Shown one piece after another: positions 13,301 to 25,804 of a stretch of 64,000 bases of DNA (its first letter is position 1; each line of letters begins with the position of its first letter). The notes under the pieces were generated by a model, which was not told where the DNA came from, ran no database searches, and worked only from the letters and a program-made list of their open reading frames with translations. Both the position numbers and the translations under genes were made by a program. Origin of the DNA: Tubiluchus corallicola (Eukaryota; Animalia; Priapulida); contig JAQGDQ010000231.1 in the NCBI GenBank assembly GCA_030141605.1, positions 292,516-356,515 on the forward strand, written 5' to 3'.

Positions 13301-15014
13301 TCTTACCTTGTAAAGACTGAAAGTGGAACCGTGTACAGAAGAAACAGAGTTCATCTGCGCAAAACGTCTGAGACTTATATAGATGAATCTGTATACTGCC
13401 CATACGACAACATGAGACAGAAACAAGACGTGATACCAGACAGACTTAACAATAACAGACAGAGGAATGATAACGAGATTAGAACACGTTCTGGTAGGCG
13501 AATTCAGAGACCTAAGTTTCTTAATGATTATGTAACCTAGTTTGAGTATTAATAACCTTGATGTTGACCTTTAATTTTGTGACCTTGATATCTGCCTACA
13601 TTGATGTTTTTCAGTTTAGTTGGTCTACGTTACTTACTTTTAAAACGAAGAGGATGTGACGTGTTCTTATCTGTGGCTAGCATTTTAATGTTTGTGCTTA
13701 CTAAGATTTCCCTTATTATTTAAGCGGGCTCACCACGAGGTAAAAGTTACGTAATATGGGATTCGCTTTGTTCGCATGGTTATCTGAACTGATGCTCATT
13801 TAATAAACGTTTGTTTTAGTATTCACTAATTATTCAACTGTTGTGGCTGTATCTTGCAAACGTTACACACACAAGATTATTATATATATGTTATTTTCAA
13901 AGTTTTTTTACACACGTTCAAACAGTGTTATCATACATCCAAAATGCTAGTTTTCCATACATACATCCAACATTCTGAATTGGCAGAGCCTTAGGCTTTT
14001 TTCAAAAGTGATACTATAGAAGTAAAAACCTTGAATTCAAAATGATGGATTGAAAATCCAACTACATCAGTCGATGCAGAATTTGTTCTAGCACATCAGT
14101 GGAAGTTTCATAATAACCCACTGCAAACTGGCAGAGCATTAGATTTTTCCAAAAGGTCAAGCTCTGGCAAGAACTAGAATAACAACATCCAGAAAAGTAA
14201 CGATTTTGGTCAAGTCCTTCTAATAAAAGTAGGAATTAAACTAATTACACAGAGACAGACAGCATGCGTTTTATTCAAAAAGGGTTTGGCTTATCGTGTG
14301 ATACTTTGCTCCAGCCTAGCTCTTGCATTTTTTGTGTAGAATAGGTTTGTGCAAATATTTTTCGTTTAAGGCAGTTTATAAGTCTAACTCTTTTTAACGT
14401 ATCCAAGCTCATTAGGCCTGCATTACAAATACCTGAAGCACAACGGTTCACCATTATAAAGTTTGGCATTCCATGATCATGCCCAAATTTTGATTGCAAT
14501 ATTCTTAGGTAACCGTAAAAAACGAAAAAAAAACAATCCACATTTTCATGTTATTTTAAGTATGAAGTGTGTTAGCAAACAAAAACATAATGCCCTTTAA
14601 AAAGGCTTTATAAATTATAGTCTCAAAGATTATTACATATCCAGGCACTTTCGCCATAGCGGAGCTCATCAGCCAAAAATTACAGATAAAATGTTATAAT
14701 ATTTCTAGTATATATAATATTTGTAGGGAATCAGAATTGATAATATTTTGTTTTTTTGCTGTTTTCAATTGTACATGTATATTTGTATTATTGTAGTTTG
14801 CTGGTGAAATAAATTGAATTTGAAAACCCTCCCTAATCTACAATAATAACTACAATTTTAAAGCTTTTACAAATGCTAACAATAAAGAAAAATGAATCCG
14901 TACCATTACAGCTAAGCAAGCAGGATCTACAGACGGCAACCCATAGTCTCCTTTCCATATTTCTAATTCCATTGGCGGTAGCATTGCAGATAAATCGTCC
15001 GTGGAAGCTGCCAT
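1332..15014 (-). CDS. MTX1: Metaxin-1/3-like mitochondrial outer-membrane (SAM complex) protein; 5' part only, remaining exons not found in the window. Exons 15014-14904, 9046-8977, 5875-5799, 3136-3044, 1508-1332
   Basis: Spliced translation MAASTDDLSAMLPPMELEIWKGDYGLPSVDPACLAVM/AYAKFAGAPLKLIKSNNPLHSTSG/HLPVLRHEGRTFNRQKDIVTYLREK/NFGADFELTAKQSSEILAYISLLEQKLLPAL/AYTWWLDQKNYTDVTRPWFHKNSPFPFNFYIPG matches metaxin motifs (GLPSVD, AYAKFxGAPL, WxDxKNY); all junctions GT-AG with consistent phases. Confidence 0.9.
3460..5411. mobile_element. Non-autonomous Tc1/mariner-pogo-like DNA transposon, copy 1, interrupted by a hAT-like insertion
   Basis: Ends CAGTAGGTGCCGCTTAATAGACT ... AGTCTATTAAGCTGTGCCCACTG flanked by TA; internal sequence colinear with 44036-44917. 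Confidence 0.8.
4280..5308. mobile_element. Non-autonomous hAT-like element nested in the pogo-like element
   Basis: TIRs CAAGGCTGGCAGTAC / GTACTGCCAACCTTG, subterminal GTACG repeats, degenerate 8-bp TSD CTTCTATA/CTTCAACA; absent from the paralogous copy near 44810. Confidence 0.75.
6178..8779. mobile_element. About 2.6-kb non-autonomous TTAA-targeting DNA transposon (Kolobok-like) in metaxin intron 2
   Basis: TTAA at 6174-6177 and 8780-8783; imperfect TIR GAATGCGTCCATGAGAAGACCATGCA / TGCATGGTGCTCTCGCGGACTCGTTC; termini RR..YY rather than the piggyBac CCY; no transposase ORF. Confidence 0.6.
6959..7236. mobile_element. Small MITE nested in the TTAA element
   Basis: Ends CATAGGCGTA / TACGCTTATA; near-perfect 8-bp TSD TTGTCTTA/TTGTCTCA. 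Confidence 0.55.
9138..9350 (+). repeat. 5' LTR (213 bp)
   Basis: TGTGACG...CGTTACA; differs from the 3' LTR at 3 transitions; contains AATAAA. Confidence 0.95.
9351..9365 (+). other. Primer-binding site resembling the complement of the initiator tRNA-Met 3' end
   Basis: TGGTAGTACGGATGG directly after the LTR, versus expected TGGTAGCAGAGGATGG. Confidence 0.6.
9461..13540 (+). pseudogene. Gypsy gag-pol polyprotein disrupted by a frameshift near 9675-9680, a frameshift near 12077 and a stop at about 12137
   Basis: Zinc knuckles CHFCGHKH..C..CNICHGRNHFQSMC; protease FQIDCGAS; RT FHDDVLIYG; RNase H LQCDSSQSGLG; integrase HASHLG..CEIC plus D,D,E (GSDL, RSDN, KVENAV); ORF pieces 9461-9682, 9666-12092, 12146-13540. 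Confidence 0.93.
13642..13654 (+). other. Polypurine tract
   Basis: AAAACGAAGAGGA immediately before the 3' LTR. Confidence 0.75.
13655..13867 (+). repeat. 3' LTR (213 bp)
   Basis: Near-identical direct repeat of 9138-9350, followed by TSD CACAC. Confidence 0.95.
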
Positions 15015-15411
15015 ATTGCTGTACTAGTTTTAGTTCAGAAAATACTACGCGTCAAATACAACAATTGAAACCAGATTTGAAAGTCATATGTACAAAAAAA
15101 ATTCAGTAATTGCAAACGGAAACACAGCACGCTGGAGCTTAACTTATTTTCAGGTTTAAGTGTTCGTTTATATGTCTTTCAAAAATAAGGTTTGTTAACG
15201 AAATCATTTTTGTTGCGATAGCACATCCAGGAAATGCTCCTAGGCACCGGTTAAACACACGAGTTCGATGTTATGAAACTAGACTTTTGCAGAATATAAA
15301 GTAGCATAATAAATTTTAGTTGACTGATTAAACCTTGCGACATTATGCAAACTATATACTGTAATAAAAATATGATATGACATTGTGGAGGAATTTATGA
15401 AGCCACTTTAG
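15015..15411. promoter_or_regulatory. Probable bidirectional promoter/5' UTR region shared by metaxin and ADPGK
   Basis: Divergent start codons at 15014 (-) and 15412 (+), 397 nt apart. Confidence 0.55.
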
Positions 15412-18400
15412 ATGGATAATACGCGACCGTTGTTACAGATAGGCTTAGTAATTTTAGCAACAACCTACTATTGCTCATTTAAAAAAAAATCACACGATGA
15501 TGAAAACATAGAAAGTGATGTCTTTCAGGCCTGGCAAGCTATAAAACTACCCGATACGCCATTCACAAGGGTCGCATTTGGGTAATTATGGAAATGTAAA
15601 TTCTAATTGGAAAATCATCGTCATTGTATTCAATATGTCTGCAACCCCGATTTCATTAGCCTAGGGTTATTAAGCTACGTGTTTTCTCAAGACCTTAAAC
15701 ATTTTTGACTTGCAAAGTTGGTAAGACATACGTTTGACAGAAGAAAATAGAACTGTTCTTAACTAAATTGAAATTATGCAATCAAAGTCAGTCCAATATA
15801 AAATTGTACAATGATAACTTATAATTTGATATACAAAGTACAGATTTTATTATATTGTCCAACGAATGACAGAATCTACAGATTTTTGAATCCTGACATG
15901 ACAATTTATTTTATGACATTTACCTTTAAAACAATTTTTTCATTATTATTTATAGGTATTATATGAAGCTAGAATTCTTCGAAAAGCCTAACTTTTATTT
16001 CTGCTGTCCGTTATTTCAGGCTGAATACAAACTTGGATCTAATAGTAAATGGATCAGAACTAATCCGAGCATTGGGGTTGGTCCCTTCAAAGAATCCCAC
16101 TGATCATCTTGTGCTGGAAAGCTTCAGTGATCTTAATGATGCTTTCACCTATTTCTTAAATAAAGGTATTAATCAACATTGGAAGTTTTTGACTAGATTT
16201 TTTTATGTTTATGATGTATATTTTTATAGAGGTCCCGTGAACTCCGCGGCCGCACAGTTTTAAAGATGTAAAGTGCGGCAGAAAATATATGCTGTGAGAA
16301 TTTCGTTTATTGTTTATGGTATAACACAATGGTATTAGTAATTGTAATCTTTATACTTGCTTGGTTTTAATCTCTGCAATTTTGTCAGGTAAATTGAATT
16401 TTCCATTCACTTTAACCTTCTTTTTCACTTTACTTTAACTTTAACTTTAGCATTATGATTTATTGTTCACTAACCTGTTGCTTTGTGTGCTACCATTTAA
16501 TGATTAATTATTTAAAATATCTATGCAATCTTCCATAAGCACCAAGTGGCTTTTTTCTTATTTCTAAAGTCACAAATACACAAGTATCTCCTAACTAGAT
16601 ATTGTTGCCATTTCTCATAAGTAGTCGGCATAAATTTGACATCTTGTGTCATCTTTCAATAGTTGTTTGTAAGCTTCTCAATCAAAACTTTTGTTTCTTT
16701 AGGGGCAGCTGCAGAGAGATATTACAAACAAAAATTTTCGTACAATCAAGTTATTTCTACTGCTAGTACACTGCAACATACTGAGGTAATGCAGCTAGTG
16801 TCTGGTTACTGTTAAAATGCATTCTTTCAGGAAAGACATTTAGTTTCTGTAAAAAAAATTTGGTGAAGGTTTCTGAATCCATTTTCAAGGATAGGCAACC
16901 TTATTTTCAGAATAAGTGATGTAAGTAACAAGGTTTTGGATTCACAACAGTCACATTATTCTTAAAGGAATACTTGTAACTTTGACTATGGTTCCTCTTT
17001 TATGTGTCTGCAACAAATCCCATGTGTTAAATTTGAATTCAGAGTTTGATACAGATCTGCAGTATACATAGGAGACAAGCCATTATGGTATGGCCTTTAG
17101 ATAATCAGCAGAAGGCAACTACAGTAATTTTTCAACTTAATGTTGTGCATATGTGAGGAGTGGGAAGAAGTCCCAGGTGCTTATTATATAACTCTACAAT
17201 TATGTACTGTTTTCATTCTGTATTTCTTCGAAAGAAATGTATGAATGCAAGTATTGCGTGTTCCAAGTCAAAAAGATACCAACCGTATTTTTTAACAAAG
17301 AGTATTTAGCAGATAATGTAATGAACAAAAGTAAAGATATTAAGATTATTGTCATGATATAAGACAAGCAATATTTTGTTTATTCTCTTTATAGTGGAAC
17401 ATTGGTGGCAATGCAGCTTTAATGGCGAAAACAATGATTACTTTATTTCCTGGAAGAAAGGTATGTACATGTGTAGAAGAAGCAACTGCATAGGAAAGCA
17501 TTGTTAATTAAAACTTAGCAGGTATGCATTAAGAAATGCGAAAGAAGGTGATATGAAATGTTTCTGATACTGCAATGCTTCATATGTTACTCGTTAAAGT
17601 GTATTTTTCCCAGTAAGTTAAGAAAACTTAACTAACCTATCGCACAAGACAAACACAACAAAATTTTAACTCTCGCTATGGTTATGAAAAGTTTCTCAAT
17701 TTCTTGGTGTAATTTCATAATTTGACGGTAATATTGTAATGTTGATCATGGCGGAGTTTGTGACCGACTTAGTAAGCGTGCATACTTCACGTGAATGGTT
17801 CGCAGCTGCCTCGCGTTGATTGCTTAGAGTGGTTTCATTTGCCATCTGAGTGTTTACTTGGTAGGCGGATGCTATATATATATATATATATATATATATC
17901 TGAATGTGGCTGAAGCACCTCTGCCAGTTCAGTGGCTCATCTTAGTGGTGATATCATTGATAATGAATTAGCATCCATTGTGCTACAAGCATAGCTTCGA
18001 GTAAGCATTTTCGTTGAATGCTAAATTCCCGTTATCAGTGTGCCCGAGTGTAAAAAAATTAGTCAAAGTAAAGAGTATGTCCATATGTAATTAGCATATG
18101 CTATGTAATGTAATGTGAATTTGATACATGTGCATCACGTGCATTTTAGTTATTTGTTATTTTTTATTAAATTTGTTAAGCCTTAGCAATCAAAGTGAAA
18201 TTGTAACCTTGACAGTTTGATTATTATCATATTGTCATTCTTTTCCTCTGTTCTAGGTCATGCTTGCTGGTCCTATTGGTCCAAAGCTTCGTTCACTGCT
18301 TGATCAGGAACTACACATTCCTCATACGTCATCTGTAGCTGATGACGAAGTACATTTAATCATGGAGTTTCATAAAAATGAACGATGGGGTCCTTATGCA

Positions 18401-21400
18401 TCCCCCGTGTCCAGCAGATTTATCACCTCACATGATGAACAAAATGGTCAGCTAACTATGCTAGATGTAAGCTGTAAATTTCAGTAATATTAGTAAACAT
18501 TGCTTTTTGTCGAATTTCAAACGTATTTTTCCACTTTGTGTTATAATATTATCTTGGATTTTGTTTTTCAATTCTGCATTGCCCTTTCAACAAACATTGT
18601 TGGAAAAGTGAAATTCTTCATCTAACAATCACTGCTACCACTCGGTCGACGCTTCCTCTCAGAAAGAAGTACGGCTCTGAAATACACATACTTCTTGTGT
18701 TAACAGTATACACCAAATTGTTTTGGCTGGGATACTTCCTTAATCTCCCAAAATCTGCACCCTTACTTTTTGCGATATGTGTACACATTCATTTCATCAG
18801 CTACACATGCGTTAGCGTCTTGCTGTATCTGGCAATGTTCATGCAAACAGCTTAAGTTATAAAATGCTTGTTGCAAACATGTCTACATTACAAGCACTAA
18901 ACATGTCTGTGCTTTAGTTAATCAAGATAAAAAATTTGCAGTTAAATGAAATATAATTTGAGAAAACGGGTAACAAAATATCGTTATTAACATTAACTGT
19001 CGCTAAATGGGTAATTAGGCAAAGACTAACTACAGTAAATTAGGTACAGTTACACATTTAGCTAATTTAGCTTTTTTATCCTTGTCATTTAAAGTTAAAA
19101 TTAAATTTCAGTGTCATTTGCTTCTGGTGTTTGTTACCAACGTATTAAGTGCATTAATTGTGTTTATTGCCAATTTATGGTATGAAAGAACTATATTCCA
19201 TGACCAAAAAAAACTTTGCATCAATATTTATGATTTTAGTAATATGTGCTACTTTATGAAATTATCAGATCATGCACATTTTGCTGTAATTTCTTCTTTT
19301 ATACAGGAATACTTCAATGCAATTATGGTGTGGAAATCAGACTTAGTTGTGATTACAGGATTTCACAATCTTGATGGTGCTGCCGACTCACTGTGGGCAG
19401 ACAGAATCATACAAGCAGTGAACAAACTTTCCTATTTCCCAAGATCCCTTATGGTACACTTAGAGATTGCAAGTATGGCCAACAAAAGACTGGTTACATC
19501 TATAATGAAAAATGTATGTATTTTTGCTAGATTTTCTTTGGCGTAAAATGTACTACAATCACTAAATTTCTTAATGGAAGCACAAGTACTTAGCATTTGA
19601 AGCTTTGGCTATAGTTCCTATCTCTTAGAGCACAGGATCAGTGAATATTTTTACATGCAGCTTAGAAAATGTGTCTTAAAATTTTATATCTTCAACATGC
19701 ACTCTTACTTGGATACTATTTACATTCGGATATGCTGTTGATTTTATGAACAGCTACCATCATAGCAACTTTTGGTCTTCATTAGGGGAGCCCAACAACA
19801 TGCTTACTTTTTGCCTTGTACCTAAAGTCCATTTGTGAGACGAATTAAACAAGTGTGTGGAATAACTAGATACTAGGTATTACTAGGTACTATCCTGCTT
19901 GTCACATCTAGAAATGAAGCTCTAAGAAACTTTCTGTGATTTTACAATTTCGTGAAGAATCAGGAATGGTCATCAATGCCATGAAGATATATGTTAGTGA
20001 ACAGTTTTCTGGTGGACAGTGTGTAACTTGTAATTAACAATGTGTGCGTGGTTCATTGGAGGGACTACACTTATTTGGGTGCTGTTTTTACTCAAGATGG
20101 GTTGCCCGATGCTGCTGTTAGGGAACATTTTAAATCCAAGCAGCAACATGTGATGAAATGTGTCTCTTGTTATAAAAATGTATAAAAGAAGTTTGCTTCA
20201 AAATTGGTAAACCAGCGTCAAGCTATGAAGTGTGACTGATTTGTTTTGGTATGGAATTTATGTAAATATACACGAACAAAGGGATGTAAACATGTAGATA
20301 GCATTATCAGTGCATGGATCAAATATAGACCGATGTAGAGAGATGAAAGACCTATGTCCGAGGTTCTGGCCATACAAAGTGCAAGACTTATTTCGAAAAC
20401 AAATCCGGCTTGTTTGTGCATCCAATTTATGGGAACGCAGAGTTACCTGAGACAAACACAAGAATAAGGGTCTTATCCCACAATGTGGCTATTGAAACAG
20501 GTCTTTGGGCAAATATACCTCGTGAGCGCAGGACGTATATTTGTGGAGAAATGCAATCAGAAGAGCACTTTTGCATGAGTGCACTGAAAATGCGCTTCAT
20601 GGATCGCAGTATGCAGTTAACTATAGCACCATTGCAAATTTATTCGAAATTAGAAATTTCATTTATGATTGTGTGCATAGGATTTTGAACTAAATACTGT
20701 AGGTTTTTGTCATAAGCTGTCATTTAGTTGCATCATTTGTGTACCGTGTAAATAATATTATTTTTATACAAATTGATACAAATTTTTGTTAATATCTTCT
20801 TCCGATTCACATATTTTCCAAATAATGTGTTTGTTTTAAAAAGCCACTACAGATATACAGGGCCATCCAAAAACCTCTAACAAGAGAAATGGTTACAAGT
20901 TAGTTGAAGGAGAATTTTTTATGGATGCCCTGGTATTTGAACATGTAATATAAGTTTTTTGCTGAACTCCTTTTTGCAGATCTTTCCATTAGTTGACTCT
21001 ATTGGTTGCAATGAACAAGAACTGGCATATTTGAGCTATGCTGCTGGAGGCCCACATTCTGAGATGCACAAAACTGGTGTCCCGACACAACCCGACATAC
21101 AGAAAATTACAGAAATTATAAGATGGATGTTGGACAGCTATCCTGCCAGACTGTCCAGACTGCACTTTCACAGCTTGACATATCACATTATAGGTACATT
21201 ATTCTCTTTTTCTGCTATTGTATATAGCTTCATTGTTTATAAAATAATTGCTAAATAGAAACCCATTAAAGAACATTGATAAGGAAAAAACTTTATTTAT
21301 GGCAAACCTTACTCTGTTCATGCTATTAAAACATGAAAATCATTTATTTTTAGCTTCTGCAAATCCTTGAAAGTGAAACTTTACCTGCAATTTTGTGGTT

Positions 21401-21956
21401 CCAAAACAAACAACTAAAGCTTTTTAAAGATAAGCCTGCTTGTGGTACAAAATTTTTGAAAGCATAACCCGTGTGTCATAAACTTTTTGCTACGAGTATT
21501 TCGTACGCACCTTTAGCACCATCACTCGACAAGTCGTGATAAATGAAAAATGCTGGACAGTGTTTTTTTAGAGTCCGTCTGAATAGAAATTGCTTTGATT
21601 TAATTTCTAGCAGCGTTTGATTGCTAATATTTTTATTTCATTCGTTTTTAGCAACTCGGAAAGGTCCTTGGAGTAATACAGATTCTGCAGTGTCAGCTGG
21701 AACAAGAATTGCAGGACAACAAGCTTGTGACTCCCTAAATCTTACCTCGGACATTGTCGAGCTACGATTTCCTTCGAAAATTCGCATTTCTGATGACAAA
21801 GTACTCGACTTTAATCCCAAACAGCCATTAATACATTGGGAAGACGATGGAATTGAATTTTATTTAAGTCCAGTGTTGGTGTGTAAAAAACCTTGGAAAA
21901 CTGTTGGACTGGGTGATGCCATATCTGCAACTGCCTTGGCTTTTTCAGGACACTGA
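15412..21956 (+). CDS. ADPGK: ADP-dependent glucokinase, 8 exons: 15412-15581, 16020-16165, 16703-16785, 17395-17460, 18257-18466, 19307-19513, 20980-21193, 21652-21956
   Basis: N-terminal hydrophobic anchor, then family motifs GLNTNLDL, GAAAER, IGGNAALMA, SRFITSHD, VHLEIAS, SIGCNEQEL, RLHFHSL, KTVGLGDAISA; GT-AG junctions with matching phases; ends in TGA. Confidence 0.95.
17873..17899. repeat. (TA)n microsatellite
   Basis: Seen directly. Confidence 0.9.
19900..20690 (+). mobile_element. Degraded non-LTR retrotransposon 3' fragment in ADPGK intron 6
   Basis: RVLSHNVAIETGLWANIPRERRTYICGEMQSEEHF resembles the LINE C-terminal HxLxIETGRW..R.C.C..EEH motif; many stops; boundaries approximate. 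Confidence 0.6.
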
Positions 21957-22335
21957 GTCAAAATAGCTGTTAGCCTACTTTAACACATCACTGAGCTGTT
22001 GTAATCATGGCCTACTCACTGTACCAAAACAGCACTCAGATAAATTTGATGTGTGTCTGTATCTAACATCAGTCTTGTGCTGTGTCACTACACACTATCT
22101 GAGTTTTTTGGTGATAATGAAAAGAGGTTGTTACCAGGAGGCGTATGTACTATGGCATTAGTGATTTTTTTATAAAAGTAAGTCTATTCGAGACATTATG
22201 CAAAAGGGATGAAATGACAAGTCGCACCTCTCATTTTTAGCTTTGTTAAGATAAACAGAGGCTGGGCCTACTAGGAATCAGGTAATCTACTCAGGAAAAT
22301 GGTGTTATGCATACATGTTGTGGGAAAAATCTACA

Positions 22336-22367
22336 AGTTAGCTAGCCAAAAGATTATATGATATAAC

Positions 22368-22415
<48 letters not shown>

Positions 22416-22596
22416 AACAATTTACCTTGCAGAATATATCTTGATTGGTATGAAACTATGCCGCACTCCACAAACAAACCAATATGTTAATAGTAACAGA
22501 ACAGTCAATCTTCTATGTAATCTGTAAATTGGTAATAAGGTAAATTGTTAAATTATCTGTATAATATTATATGATATGCCTTTTGGTTATCCAACT
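22336..22596. repeat. Fold-back (MITE-like) inverted repeat containing a (TA)n tract, downstream of ADPGK
   Basis: Perfect 20-bp arms ATAATTTAACAATTTACCTT (22409-22428) / AAGGTAAATTGTTAAATTAT (22537-22556); imperfect outer arms AGTTAGCTAGCCAAAAG / CTTTTGGTTATCCAACT. Confidence 0.7.
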
Positions 22597-25500
22597 ACTG
22601 AATTGTATTTTGATGTTGTCTAAATTCTGGTAAATTTCTTTGTTTTAGATGCCTTAATAATGAACAGTTTGTTTGAAACCGGTCAACAGTAAATTCCATT
22701 TTGATGTAGTTACATTTGTTTGCCAAATATGAATAATTCAATGCATTTATCATTCACTTTTTAGCATGCCTACTTGGAACCAGGTAATCTACTCTGGAAG
22801 ATGGCATTATGCATACGTGTTGTGGGAATAATCTACATTTGTACAATGCATTTACCATTCACTTTTTAGAGAGTCTTGTAGCTTCCTGTCTTGACTGTCC
22901 CAAACTTCAGATTTAAAAGTACAATATCTAATGGGGTGACCAAGATTGGGTCATCTGCAGATCATCTTGGCTCAACTTTTAGTTTGCTTGGAATGGAAAC
23001 AAAAACCTGTTCGGTGAATTTAAAAACACATGGAAAATTAAAATTTGAAGTAAATTAAAATTGCAATGAAATGGTTTAGTCATTTCTAGGTAAGAGTGAA
23101 AGAAATCCTACCCAGTGTTGTAATGCCATGTTATGCTTTAGTTCTGTTCCTGCAGGATTTACTTCACACTGGCTCTGTAAATTAACCCTCTTTGGTCAAA
23201 GTGCATGGAATTTACATCTCAATTCGTGAAGTGAAAGCAGTTTAGTTTAGCAGCACCTAACCAAGATATTACCTTATTATTCCTTTTATATGGATTATCT
23301 TTATACGTCGCTTTGTTGCCTGTTGAAATTTTTATTGCCTATTTGTACCTGTTCGTATATATCGCATATTTCCATTCAAGAATGAAGTTATGCTGTCAAA
23401 AGGCTCACCCAATTTTTATGTTGTTTGAAGAATGCATTTACTCTATGTTTGTACATGTACTTAATGACAAGAATGCTGGAGAACCTGTTTTTTATTTTTA
23501 AAGCTGTCACACTTAACAAGCTGGAAAGTTTTTAATAGATGGAAATGGGCATTTAACCTTACAAAATTCTTGTGCAAATAATTCTTCGTTTCAAGTACAG
23601 CGCTAAAATTTCAGCAGCTGTAAGATCAAAACTGTACAATTATTTATCCAAAATGTTAATTTTGTGGTTGTGGGACCAAGTGACATCACATAACCGGATA
23701 CTTCAGGTTTATAAATGTGAAGGAAGTGGAACTCATATTCTAGTACTAATAATGTAGTTCCTACTGTACCTTTTATGTTATCTGCAATTATTGTATGTAC
23801 CTACCTACTAAAAACTTTCGAGTAAAAACAGAGAGATTTGCTCATGTGTTGTGCAAAGTATTTGTTCAGTGGCAAAATATGTTTTTGTGCCCCTCTCACC
23901 ATCCTACTACAATAGGGTTTATTGTTATAGCGCTACTTAAAAAGTACTAAAATGACTAATAAAACACGTAAATAGTGTAATAAGTTTTTACGAGTTTTAT
24001 TGCTTGATTGGCTAATATAAAAATCTAAAAGTTCAACTGCTAACTGCAATTTGTCTTATTAATAGAGTATGATAATGTACATTACAGCTGTACATGTCAT
24101 GTAAATGGGTGTAATAAGTTATAGCCTTGTTACATTCACCACACAATATAACAAATAAAAAATTGTCTCATTACTGAACGATTGCCTGTCAAGACATATG
24201 TGTACAGAATATTTGCTTTCCAATTGCATGTTATATGAACTTCAAATGAACCATTCAATTGTTTTAATGAGCACAAGTTTTGTGATTGTGCTTTTGCTTT
24301 TGTAAAATTTGTAGCAATTTTTTACTACGATTTCTTAAATTTACTATTTGCATTTTAAATGCATACCTGTCCAGATATGCATCTACATCACATTGAATAG
24401 AGCACACACCACACAGCATTGCGATGCACTTAAGAAAAGTGTTTTCTCCCACTATAAATACTCAATTGATAAAGATGCTTATTGTGACAATAACAACAAT
24501 AACATATGAAAGCAGGTTTATTGACCTGTAATGTGTACAGGGAAGGAGCAGAGTTATTGAAGAAATTTCAAAAATACTGTCACTAATATTGGCAACATTA
24601 ACTTTATTATCATTTCAATTTATATGCCAACAATTTCTATGCTATTTAAATAAACTGATTAATTAATCATTATCTGAGACACCTGGTGAAATATTACATA
24701 AAGATTACCATCTTTAACAATCCAGCTTATGGCTTACCACACAAACTAAGATCAGGTTAAGCCACATTGTTTATAAAATAGGTCTTTTTTATTATGTCAG
24801 ATATACATTGCATATACAATAACATTTTAAAAATTACACTAGAGCACTGGCTTTGGTTACTAACAGCTTTTTTAAATACAAAATAAAATAGCCGAAAATA
24901 AGATACACTAAAGATATAGCAATAATAATATAAATAAACACTTCGGTGCGTTCTTATATCACAGTATACTATCACCATTATACCCATTTCTACATGTAAT
25001 GAAATTTGTACAAAATAAACATGAAATGTATGTGATGCTCTTTGCAAGAGATTACCAGTCCATATGAATAATTTGAATTCAGCTATAAATTATGGCATAT
25101 AATGCCACATGTACCACACACGTTACCGATAACCACCAGATAAGCCTTTCAACTTTATCACATCTGAACTATTTTGGCAGAGAGCACTTCAGTTAAACTG
25201 AAGTTTTAGGCAGTAACAGCAAAACTGTGCGTTAGGTATGACTAGAGTTTAAGGCCTGTATAACACTTGGGTTTAAAGCATACTTAAATTTATACTAACT
25301 CTCATTCTAGAGTTTACTTTTAGTAATATTGTGCCAAATTTTGTAAGTTCTCTTTATTTAAACAATACATTCATTTCATTATTTAAACTTTGATTCACTA
25401 TCACACCTCTTAACTCTTAAGTTAAGTATACATTACAAATAAGCAACAAGTATTTTCAAAATTTATCGATGTGCTATGCCTTCCTAATTATGTATATATC

Positions 25501-25804
25501 ATTTACAACTTTTGACACTTAAAAGAATACGACTTCAGCATTAAGAGAATGACTTCAGCATTAAATAATTATAGAAAATTATATTAATAATGATTTATGA
25601 ATCCAATTTATAGTACGTTGTGACTCATATACAGTTGCCTTACTTCAATTCAAATGATATAAATTGAAACAGTCTTCTGCATTTGCCCAAAATGCCACAA
25701 ACAAATGTAGTTAAGTAAACTATAAATAACAGTCATAATCTTCAGAATTTCAGAAAAGTATTCTGATTTCTACTCATGATTTTTAAGTCAGTAAATTTAT
25801 AATA

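Larger units (their letters stand above)
9138..13867 (+). mobile_element. Full-length Ty3/Gypsy LTR retrotransposon (Mag/K02A2.6-like), antisense within metaxin intron 1
   Basis: Two 213-bp TG..CA LTRs, 5-bp TSD CACAC (9133-9137, 13868-13872), PBS, PPT, domain order gag-PR-RT-RH-IN. Confidence 0.97.
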
